A stretch of 11,485 nucleotides of DNA from Candidatus Eiseniibacteriota bacterium (GTDB lineage Bacteria; Eisenbacteria; RBG-16-71-46; DASYSL01): the NCBI GenBank assembly GCA_046598045.1, contig JBKJJJ010000145.1, positions 1 to 11,485 on the forward strand, written 5' to 3'. The notes under the pieces are model-generated. The model made no database searches. It saw nothing but the letters and a program-made list of their open reading frames with translations, and was not told where the DNA came from. The position numbers and the translations under genes were made by a program. Below are positions 1-7,078 of the stretch, piece by piece. Positions within the stretch are counted from its first letter, which is position 1, and every line of letters begins with the position of its first letter.

Positions 1-245
1 ACGAGGCCGCGCAAGCGCGCATGCACCGCGCGCAAGGCCGAGGGGGCCACCGTCCCCCGCCCGACCGCGGCCTGGTTGGTGACCACGACCAGGGCGTAGC
101 CCGCGCCGTCGAGCAGGCGCAGCGCCGCGCCCACGCCCGGCAGGAGCCGCACGCGCGCAGGGTCGCCGAGTGCGCCCGATTCGGGGAGCAGCGTCCCGTC
201 GCGATCGAGGAACACCGCGCGCCGCGGCGGCGACGCGCGCGCCAT
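1..245 (-). other. gmhB: GmhB-like HAD phosphatase domain (partial), the C-terminal domain of the fusion above
   Basis: HAD motif I 'AVFLDRDGTL', 'VRLLPGVGAALRLL' and motif II 'LVVVTNQ' are typical of the GmhB/histidinol-phosphatase family; the neighbours are heptosyltransferases. There is an internal Met codon at 245-243. Confidence 0.8.
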
Positions 246-1319
246 GCGCGCCGCCTCGAGCAGCCGCTCGAGCCGGTCCCCGAGGAGCGCGGCCGAGTGC
301 GTCGCGTCCACGCGCGCCTGCGCCGCGGCGGCGAGCGCCCGCGCGCCCGCGGGATCCGCGAGCGCGGCGGTCACCGCGCGGGCGAGCGCCGCCTCGTCGC
401 GGGGAGGAACAGCGCGACCGGTCACGCCGTCCTCGAGCACGTGTTCGAGCCCGGGCAGGAGCGTGGCCACGGTCGGCACGCCCGACGCGAGCGCCTCGAG
501 CACGGCCCAGGGTTGCCCCTCCTCGGAGGAGAAATGGACGAACAGGTCTGCGGCCGCGGTCAGCCGGCGCGCGCCCTCCACGTGGCCCGCGAGGCGGACC
601 CGCTCGTCCAGCCCGAACCGTGCGATCTCGCCTTCGACCTGCGCGCGGCCCTGGCCCTCGCCGACCACCAGCAGCCGCCACGGGCCGGGGACGCTCGCAA
701 GGGCACGCACGAGCCCCGCCTGGTTCTTGCGCTCGGAGAGTTCACCAACGGTGATCAGGCGCGGGCCGTGCCCGGGAGGCCAGTGCGCGGCGAGCGCCGC
801 GCGCTCGGCGTCGTCGAGCGCGACAGCGTCGACACCGTTCGGCAGGAGCACGAGCTTCGCCGGGTCGAGCGCGGGCAGGCTGCGCGCGATCGTGGCCGCG
901 ATCGCGGGCGAGTTGACGAGGATGCGCGCCGCGCGCCAGCCGAACAGCCAGCGGTGGAACACGTGGTCCTTGACCGGAATGTCACTGCCGCGGCGCGGGA
1001 CGAGCGCGAGCGGCGCGGCCCCGAGCGACGCCAGCGCGAGCACCCTCGATTCCTTGTCGAGGTTCGTGACCGCGACCTCGACGCGCTCGCGCACGAGCAG
1101 GTCATGCAGCGCCCAGAGCGCGCGCGGATCGAGGTCGCCGCCAAACGGGATCTCCCGCACATCGAGCCCGCGCTCCCGGCCCGCGCGCGCCAGGTCGCTG
1201 CCGGCGCGCGCTGCGAGCACGACGTGGTGCCCGCGCTCGGCGAGCAGCGCCCCCGCCGCGGCAAACCACTCCTCCCCGCCGCCGAAGCCGCGGACGCTCG
1301 AGCACAGCAGGACCCTCAT
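1..1319 (-). CDS. GT4 (GT-B, retaining) glycosyltransferase fused in frame to a C-terminal GmhB-like D,D-heptose-1,7-bisphosphate phosphatase (HAD IIIA); 3'-truncated by the window edge
   Basis: Manual translation, not in the ORF track because there is no stop inside the window. The ATG at 1319 overlaps the waaF TGA (ATGA). N-terminus MRVLLCSSVRGFGGGEEW, then 'LPNGVD', 'VGELSERKNQ' and the GT4 EX7E motif 'HFSSEEGQPWAVLEALASGVP'. It continues without a stop through '...LERLLEAARMARASPPRRAVFLDRDGTL...VVVTNQAAVGRG' (1319-245=1074, divisible by 3). Confidence 0.9.
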   Translation of the reverse strand, partial: MRVLLCSSVRGFGGGEEWFAAAGALLAERGHHVVLAARAGSDLARAGRERGLDVREIPFGGDLDPRALWALHDLLVRERVEVAVTNLDKESRVLALASLGAAPLALVPRRGSDIPVKDHVFHRWLFGWRAARILVNSPAIAATIARSLPALDPAKLVLLPNGVDAVALDDAERAALAAHWPPGHGPRLITVGELSERKNQAGLVRALASVPGPWRLLVVGEGQGRAQVEGEIARFGLDERVRLAGHVEGARRLTAAADLFVHFSSEEGQPWAVLEALASGVPTVATLLPGLEHVLEDGVTGRAVPPRDEAALARAVTAALADPAGARALAAAAQARVDATHSAALLGDRLERLLEAARMARASPPRRAVFLDRDGTLLPESGALGDPARVRLLPGVGAALRLLDGAGYALVVVTNQAAVGRGTVAPSALRAVHARLRGL

Positions 1320-2350
1320 GCCGCCCCCGCAAGCGCGTCGAGGACCGCCCCGGAGTCGACCGCGCGCAGGCAGAGGTTGCGCTCGGCGATCGCGCACTCG
1401 CGCAGGAAGCACGGACTGCACGGCGGCGGATGCGCCACCACGCGCGCGCGCGGTCCGCGCGGTCCGGTCCAGCGCGGATCCGTCGAGCCGAAGACCGCCA
1501 CCGTGGGGGCCCCCGCCGCGGCCGCGAGGTGGGCCACGCCGGAGTCATTGGCGAGCGTGGCGCCGCACGCCGCCACCAGGGCGAGCAACTCGGGCAGGCT
1601 GGTGCGCCCGGTCCAGTCGAGGAGCGGCGCATCCGGGGCGCTCGCCGCGCGCACGGCTCGCGTCTCGGCGAGGTCCTCGTGTCCGCCGGCGAGCACGACC
1701 TTGCGCCTGGGATCGGCGGCGGCCCACAGGCGCGCGACCTCGGCGAAGCGTTCCGGGGGCCAGCGCTTCGCCGGTCCGTAGCGCGCGCCCGGCGCGAGCA
1801 CGAGCGCGCTCGCGGGGTCCGCGATGCCGTCGCCTTGCAGGCGCGCGCGCACGGCGGCGTCCGCCGCCGGATCCGGCAGGAGCCGCGCGCGCGGCACGGC
1901 CTCGGCGCCCGCGAGCCCGGCCAGGTCCAGGTATTCGTCCTCGAGGTGGCGTTCCCCGCGCGCAGCGCGTGGGGCATGGTGCGTCAGGAGCGCCCCGCCC
2001 GCCTCGCCGGCGAGGCCGAGCCGGCGCGGCACGCGGGCGGCGAAGGCATGGAGCCGGGCGGAGAGCGAGGGTGGAAAGAGCACGATGGTCGAGGCCTGCA
2101 TGGCCGCGAGCGCGGGCACCCGGGAGAGCCAGCGCCCGCCGGCGGCCGGCGCCTCGAGCCAGCGCGCTCCGGGCCAGCGCGCAGCGAACAGCGGGCCGGC
2201 CCAGGGCCGCGCGATCAGCAGCAGGTTGTCCGCGCCCACACGCGCGGCCAGGGCGTCCACCGCCCGCAAGGCGAGCACCGCGTCCCCGAGCCAGTTCGGC
2301 AGGCGGACGGCGAGCACGCCCCCCGCATCCGCCGCGCCGCGCGCGCTCAT
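1316..2350 (-). CDS. waaF: Lipopolysaccharide heptosyltransferase II (GT9)
   Basis: Start placed at ATG 2350 (MSARGAADAGGVLAVRLPNWLGDAVLA), 7 nt after the proS stop. GT9/WaaF motifs: 'PNWLGD', 'LAPGARYGPAKRWP', 'GRTSLPEL', 'NDSGVAHLAAA', 'FGSTDP', 'CSPCFLREC'. Confidence 0.88.
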   Translation of the reverse strand: MSARGAADAGGVLAVRLPNWLGDAVLALRAVDALAARVGADNLLLIARPWAGPLFAARWPGARWLEAPAAGGRWLSRVPALAAMQASTIVLFPPSLSARLHAFAARVPRRLGLAGEAGGALLTHHAPRAARGERHLEDEYLDLAGLAGAEAVPRARLLPDPAADAAVRARLQGDGIADPASALVLAPGARYGPAKRWPPERFAEVARLWAAADPRRKVVLAGGHEDLAETRAVRAASAPDAPLLDWTGRTSLPELLALVAACGATLANDSGVAHLAAAAGAPTVAVFGSTDPRWTGPRGPRARVVAHPPPCSPCFLRECAIAERNLCLRAVDSGAVLDALAGAA

Positions 2351-2357
2351 CGGGAGC

Positions 2358-3812
2358 CTAGTAGGACTTCGCGAACAGGACCCGCATCCGGCTCGGGTTG
2401 TCGCAGCGCACGCAGCGGCCCGGTTCGTCCAACGCCTCGAGCGGCAGGTTGCGGATGGTGGCGGCGGTCTCGGACTTGATGGCGGCCTCGCACACGGCCT
2501 CGCCGCACCAGTGCGCGGAGACGAACCCGCGGTGCTCGGCGAGAATCGCGGCCATGGTCTCGAGATCGTCGGCCGAGCGCGTGCTCTCGGCGCGGAACTG
2601 CAGTGCACGCGCAAACAACGCGTCCTGCATCTCGACCAGGAGCGAGGCCATGCGCGCGGCGACCTCGGGGAACGGGACGAACGCCTTCTCGCGGTTGTCG
2701 CGCCGCACGAACACGACCGACTCCTTCGCCACGTCGCGCGGCCCGACTTCGACTCGCACGGGCACGCCGCGCAGCTCCCACTCGTTGTACTTCCAGCCGG
2801 GCGTGTACTGGTCGCGGGCGTCGAGCTTGACGCGCACGCCGCCCGCGGCGAGGGCCCCACGCACCCGCTCGGCGAACTCCATGACCGTCGCCTTCTCCTC
2901 GTCCTTCTTGTAGATCGGGACGATCACCGCCTGCACGGGCGCGACCCGGGGCGGCATGCGCAGGCCCTGGTCGTCGCCGTGGGTCATGATGATCGCGCCG
3001 ATCAGCCGCGTGCTCACGCCCCACGAGGTCTGGTGGACGTGGCGGCGCTCGCCGTCCTGGTCCTGGAACGTGATGTCGTAGACCTTCGCGAAGTGCTGGC
3101 CGAGATTGTGCGAGGTCCCGGCCTGGAGCGCCTTGCCGTCGCGCATCAGCGCCTCGATCGAGTAGGTCTTGTCGGCGCCGGGAAACTTCTCCGAGTCGCT
3201 CTTGACGCCCTTGTGCACCGGGATCGCGAGGTCCTCCTCGGCGAACGCCTTGTAGACCTCGAGCATCTTGAGGGTCTCCTCCTGGGCCTCCTCCGGGGTG
3301 CGGTGCGCGGTGTGCCCCTCCTGCCACAGGAACTCCGTGGTGCGCAGGAACGGCCGCGTGACCTTCTCCCAGCGCATGACGTTCGCCCACTGGTTGATCA
3401 GGACCGGAAGGTCCCGCCAGCTGTCGATCCACTTGGAGTACATCTTGCCAATGATCGCCTCGGAGGTCGGACGGATCGCGAGGCGCTCCTCCAGCTTCTC
3501 GTCGCCGCCGTGCGTGACCCACGCGACCTGGGGCGCGAAGCCCTCGACATGCTCGGCCTCCATCTGCAGCAGGCTCTCGGGCACGAGCAGCGGGAAGTAC
3601 GCGTTCTCGTGGCCGGTGTCCTTGATGCGCGTGTCGAGCAGGCGCTGCATGTGCTCCCACAACGCGTAGCCGTAGGGACGGAACACGATGCAGCCGCGCA
3701 CGGGCGCGTAGTCCGCGAGCTGGGCCTTCTGGATGACCTCGAGATACCAGCGCGAGAAATCGTCCGACTGGTCCGACGGGTCTTCCACGAACTTCTGGGT
3801 CTCTTCGGCCAT
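2358..3812 (-). CDS. proS: Proline--tRNA ligase, archaeal/eukaryote-like (Thermus-type) form, 484 aa
   Basis: Motifs 'DFSRWY', 'EHVEGFAPQVAWVTHGG', 'RPTSE', 'NQWANVMRWE', 'FLRTTEFLWQEGHT', 'QAGTSHNLGQHF', 'SWGVSTRLIG', 'PGWKYNEWELRGVP', a C-terminal Cys4 domain and terminal Tyr (AKSY). No INS editing domain. Start at ATG 3812 preceded by GGAAGGA. Confidence 0.97.
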   Translation of the reverse strand: MAEETQKFVEDPSDQSDDFSRWYLEVIQKAQLADYAPVRGCIVFRPYGYALWEHMQRLLDTRIKDTGHENAYFPLLVPESLLQMEAEHVEGFAPQVAWVTHGGDEKLEERLAIRPTSEAIIGKMYSKWIDSWRDLPVLINQWANVMRWEKVTRPFLRTTEFLWQEGHTAHRTPEEAQEETLKMLEVYKAFAEEDLAIPVHKGVKSDSEKFPGADKTYSIEALMRDGKALQAGTSHNLGQHFAKVYDITFQDQDGERRHVHQTSWGVSTRLIGAIIMTHGDDQGLRMPPRVAPVQAVIVPIYKKDEEKATVMEFAERVRGALAAGGVRVKLDARDQYTPGWKYNEWELRGVPVRVEVGPRDVAKESVVFVRRDNREKAFVPFPEVAARMASLLVEMQDALFARALQFRAESTRSADDLETMAAILAEHRGFVSAHWCGEAVCEAAIKSETAATIRNLPLEALDEPGRCVRCDNPSRMRVLFAKSY

Positions 3813-3854
3813 GGCATCCTTCCGGGTGGAGTCACGTTGTGCGCGTTCGGCGGC

Positions 3855-3863
3855 ATGGTAGCA
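3855..3863 (-). promoter_or_regulatory. Candidate extended -10 promoter (TGcTACCAT) for proS-waaF-GT4/gmhB
   Basis: Minus strand reads TGCTACCAT (TGn + TAnnnT) about 45 nt upstream of the proS ATG and just after the terminator. No convincing -35. Confidence 0.45.
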
Positions 3864-3874
3864 GAGGTCGCGCA

Positions 3875-3914
3875 CGAAACGAAATCGCCCCCGGATCGGG
3901 GATCCGGGGGCGAT
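3875..3914 (-). terminator. Intrinsic terminator downstream of the subtilase gene
   Basis: Perfect 14-bp inverted repeat ATCGCCCCCGGATC (3884-3897) / GATCCGGGGGCGAT (3901-3914) with a 3-nt loop. On the minus strand it is followed by TTCGTTTCG and begins about 20 nt after the stop at 3936. Confidence 0.75.
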
Positions 3915-3935
3915 CGCTGCAGCGTGAGACGCGCT

Positions 3936-6900
3936 TCAGCGCGTGATCAGGAGCTTCGCGTGGGCCTCTACTCCGGCCGCGTCGATGGTCACGAGGTAGA
4001 TCCCCGGCGCGAGTCCACCGGGAAGCGTCGCCACGTGCCAGCCGGCGTCGTACGTCCCATCGGCGATGCGGGCGACCACGCGGCCGCTCGCGGACACCAG
4101 GCGAATGGTCGCGCGCGCCGCGACCGGAAGCCCGAACGAGAGCCCCGCCCGGTCGCTGCGTACGACGCCGCCCACGAGCGCGAGCCGCTCCGGCACGCGC
4201 GGCGCGGCCGCCGCCAGGGTGCCGCTCCCGTCGACCCGGCCGACCGTCGAGGATGCCGCGGCCTGGGTCGCCTCGGTCGTCGGCGCGAGCGCCGCCGCCG
4301 GGATGCCGGGCACGTCCACCTGCCCGAGGTAACCCTTGCCGTCGACCACGAGCCGCAGCGACAGCGTGTTGTCGCCGGACCCGGTGAGCAGGCTGCGCAG
4401 GCGGTCCGCCGTCAGGAACCAGCGCACGCGGGACGAAGGGTCGGCAAGCGCGATCGCGCCGGTCGTGAAGTCGTTCGACAACGGACTGACGGCGATGGTC
4501 TCGCCCTCGAGGCCCGCGCGCGTGAACGCCTCGCTGCCGAGCTCCGGGGACGCGGCTGTGATCTCCGCCGGCGTGAGGTCCGCGTCGATCACGAGGTCGA
4601 GCCACCCGCCCGTGTCCCACGCGCTCGCGCTGCTGTTCGCGGGCGCGAACTCGGCGTGCGCCGACCGGTCATGCGTGACGGTCACCGTGGCGCAGGCGGA
4701 GCCGATGTTGCCCGAGGCGTCCACGGCCTCGTAGCACACCGTGTACACGCGGTTGTCGCCCGGGCCCTGGCGCTCGGCGCGCAGCAGGAACGTCCGGTCG
4801 TCGGTGCCGAACACGGCGCCCTGGATGTCGTTCGCCGTGTCGCCGTCGCCCACGCCATTGTCCGCCTCGTTGCTGGTGATCGACTTGAGGCGCACCACGG
4901 GCGAGGCGTCGCACACGTCGACCGCGGTGATCGTCGCCGTGATCGTCGCCAGCTTGTGGTTCGGCGGCCACAGCAATGCGGGGTCGAGCGTCACCGTGAC
5001 CACCGGCGGCATCGTGTCCGCGATCGTGACCAGGACCGTGTCGTCGTCCGCGGCCGCGCCGTCGAACACGTGGAGGTACACCTGCGTCGTGCCCAACGGG
5101 AAGCTGCCCGTCGGCTTGATCGCGTGCACGTCGTCGAACCCGATCCCGGCGGCGCTCCATGTATAGGCCAGCGGCGAGGGACCGTTGTCCGGGTCGTAGG
5201 AGCGCGAGCCGTCGAGCTTGACCGGCGTGCCGAGCGCACCCGTGCACTCGACCGTCGTGTCGTTCCCCGCGTCCGCCACCGGCGGATCGTTGAGGAACGG
5301 CGACACCGTGTTGTAGGCGTCGAGCCGGCCGAAGCCGGTCGCCTGGTCGAAGCCCGGCGTGGCGAGGTCGACCGCGGTGGACAGCAGCGCGGTGCGCACC
5401 TGCGCCGCCGTCAGCGCCGGGACCGCACCGCGCAGCAGCGCCGCGAGCGCGGCGCCGTGGGGCGAAGCCGCAGACGTCCCGAAGAACGGCGAGGGGAAGC
5501 CGCCGGCGCCCGTGACCTGGACGCCGTCGATCGCCATCGCGTCGGGCTTGCCGCGCGTCGCAAGCGCCGGGAACAGGATCGTGGTCGGGCCGCGCGAGGA
5601 GAACGCCTCGGGCGTGTCGTTGCCCGGATCCGCCTGATCGATCGCGCCGAGCGCGAGGATCAGCGGGTGCCCGGCGTGCGGGTTGATGCTGCCGGCCGGG
5701 TTGACGTACTGCAGGAACGTCGGACCGTTGGCCGCGATCTTGAGCCGCATGTTCGCCGGCGCCGCGCCCGTGCTGTTGAAGTCCACGACCAGCGCAGCGG
5801 CCGCGTTGTCCGGGCCGTTGTAGGTGAAGTCGATCAACTCGACCGCGTCGCCCGCGCCGTTCTGGACGGTCGTGCTGGACTGCAGCACGTTCGCCAGCGC
5901 ACCGTCGAGCAGGTAGAGATCGAAGTTCCTGGCCGCCGCGCCGAACTTCTCGCCCCACTGCAGCACGATGGTGTGACGCACGCCGGTGCCGTTCGGGTTG
6001 CGCAGGCGAATGTCGAGCGTGTAGTCCCCGGCCGCGAACGCATGCGGCCGGAACGTGCCCGCGATTCCGATCGCGCGCGAGCCGCCATCGACGAAGTTCT
6101 GCTGGACGTGGCGCTGGGCGCGGTTGCCGGCCGACGTGAAGTAGGTGACGCCCTGGAGCGTGACCAGGTTCGCGGCGTTGCTCGCGACCGAGCCGTCCTC
6201 GAAGTACGGTTCCTTCGGGAACCACAGGTCGTCGGAGACGATGCGGCAGCCCGCGGTGTTGACGAGCCAGTTCTGCGCCACGACCATCGCGGCCGCGCCT
6301 CCGTTGCCCGAGGAGAACGCGAGATTCGCTCCCGGCGCGAGGTCATGCACGATCTCGAGCATCGCGGTGCCCTCGTCGCCGCTGCCGACCAGATTGACGT
6401 TCACGCCCGCCGGCAGGTCCGCCGAGCCCTGCGCCTGGGCGAGGTTGCTCACGCCATCGGAGATGACGCCGACCGTCGTCCCCGTGCCGTCGATCCCGAA
6501 CGTCGAGCGGGCGAGCGCTGCGCGGTGGATCGCATCGCCCTGCGTCAGGCTCGCACCGATCTCAGGCACCGCGATACCCGACAGGCCGACCTGCCGCACC
6601 CACGACAGCGCGGCCACGTCGGCCACGCGGGCGTAAGGCACCCAGGCTTCGATGGCGTCATAGTCGGCCGCCACCGCCGCGGCCGTGATCCCGAGACCCT
6701 CGAGCTGCGCGACGTGCGCCGCGGCGCCCGCGCCGGCGATCCCCACGTAGAGCCGACCTTGGTCGTCCACGGGCAGGCCGGGCGAGGAGAACGCCTCCCG
6801 GGTGTCGAACGTCACCCGGCGCTGCTTGTTGGAGAGGAACTGCGAGAGGATCGACGCGCGCTCACCGACCGCCGACTCGATCTTGCACGCGGGGTCCCCG

Positions 6901-7067
6901 GGCAGGAGCGCGGCCTTGATGGACCGCTGCATCGTGACGTCGGCCCCGTCCGAGGGGACGAGGTACGGACCCATGTCCGACAGCCGAACGGCGCCCGCCA
7001 CGGCGGGCAGCAGCACGACCGCCCCCGCAACCAGCGAGAGGAAAGGGATCTTGGGGGATCCAGACAT
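3936..7067 (-). CDS. Secreted multidomain subtilase (S8/S53-like), 1043 aa: signal peptide, prodomain, catalytic domain with insert, PKD-like domain, 'WPPNH' Ig-like domain, C-terminal FlgD-Ig/T9SS-like domain
   Basis: ATG 7067 with SD GGAGGT 5 nt upstream and a hydrophobic signal-like N-terminus (IPFLSLVAGAVVLLPAVAGA). Subtilase-like motifs 'GTGTTVGVISDG', 'DEGTAMLEIVHDLAPGA', 'SAGN', 'FSSRGP', 'KPD', 'FFGTSAASPH', 'TGFGRLDA'. These are followed by 'PPVADAG..LDGSRSYDPD..YTW', 'LWPPNHKL..LRAER..DASGN' and 'GIYLVTI..KLLITR'. Confidence 0.9.
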   Translation of the reverse strand: MSGSPKIPFLSLVAGAVVLLPAVAGAVRLSDMGPYLVPSDGADVTMQRSIKAALLPGDPACKIESAVGERASILSQFLSNKQRRVTFDTREAFSSPGLPVDDQGRLYVGIAGAGAAAHVAQLEGLGITAAAVAADYDAIEAWVPYARVADVAALSWVRQVGLSGIAVPEIGASLTQGDAIHRAALARSTFGIDGTGTTVGVISDGVSNLAQAQGSADLPAGVNVNLVGSGDEGTAMLEIVHDLAPGANLAFSSGNGGAAAMVVAQNWLVNTAGCRIVSDDLWFPKEPYFEDGSVASNAANLVTLQGVTYFTSAGNRAQRHVQQNFVDGGSRAIGIAGTFRPHAFAAGDYTLDIRLRNPNGTGVRHTIVLQWGEKFGAAARNFDLYLLDGALANVLQSSTTVQNGAGDAVELIDFTYNGPDNAAAALVVDFNSTGAAPANMRLKIAANGPTFLQYVNPAGSINPHAGHPLILALGAIDQADPGNDTPEAFSSRGPTTILFPALATRGKPDAMAIDGVQVTGAGGFPSPFFGTSAASPHGAALAALLRGAVPALTAAQVRTALLSTAVDLATPGFDQATGFGRLDAYNTVSPFLNDPPVADAGNDTTVECTGALGTPVKLDGSRSYDPDNGPSPLAYTWSAAGIGFDDVHAIKPTGSFPLGTTQVYLHVFDGAAADDDTVLVTIADTMPPVVTVTLDPALLWPPNHKLATITATITAVDVCDASPVVRLKSITSNEADNGVGDGDTANDIQGAVFGTDDRTFLLRAERQGPGDNRVYTVCYEAVDASGNIGSACATVTVTHDRSAHAEFAPANSSASAWDTGGWLDLVIDADLTPAEITAASPELGSEAFTRAGLEGETIAVSPLSNDFTTGAIALADPSSRVRWFLTADRLRSLLTGSGDNTLSLRLVVDGKGYLGQVDVPGIPAAALAPTTEATQAAASSTVGRVDGSGTLAAAAPRVPERLALVGGVVRSDRAGLSFGLPVAARATIRLVSASGRVVARIADGTYDAGWHVATLPGGLAPGIYLVTIDAAGVEAHAKLLITR

Positions 7068-7072
7068 GCGAC

Positions 7073-7078
7073 ACCTCC
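7073..7078 (-). promoter_or_regulatory. Shine-Dalgarno site of the subtilase gene
   Basis: GGAGGT on the minus strand, 5 nt before the ATG at 7067. Confidence 0.8.

Noticed and set aside
21..2479. Plus-strand ORFs 21-1781, 244-2361 and 1430-2479
   Set aside because: Antisense shadows of GT4-gmhB and waaF, with low-complexity translations.
2351..2860. 170-aa N-terminal extension of waaF in the ORF track
   Set aside because: It overlaps proS in another frame. GT9 similarity starts only after the ATG at 2350.
3813..3875. Upstream start for proS at 3875
   Set aside because: The ATG at 3812 has an SD-like GGAAGGA and fits the expected N-terminus. The extension covers the candidate promoter.
3813..3935. 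T-box riboswitch or tRNA upstream of proS
   Set aside because: The gap is short, with no T-box consensus (AGGGTGGNACCGCG-like) or cloverleaf. The hairpin is better explained as the upstream gene's terminator.
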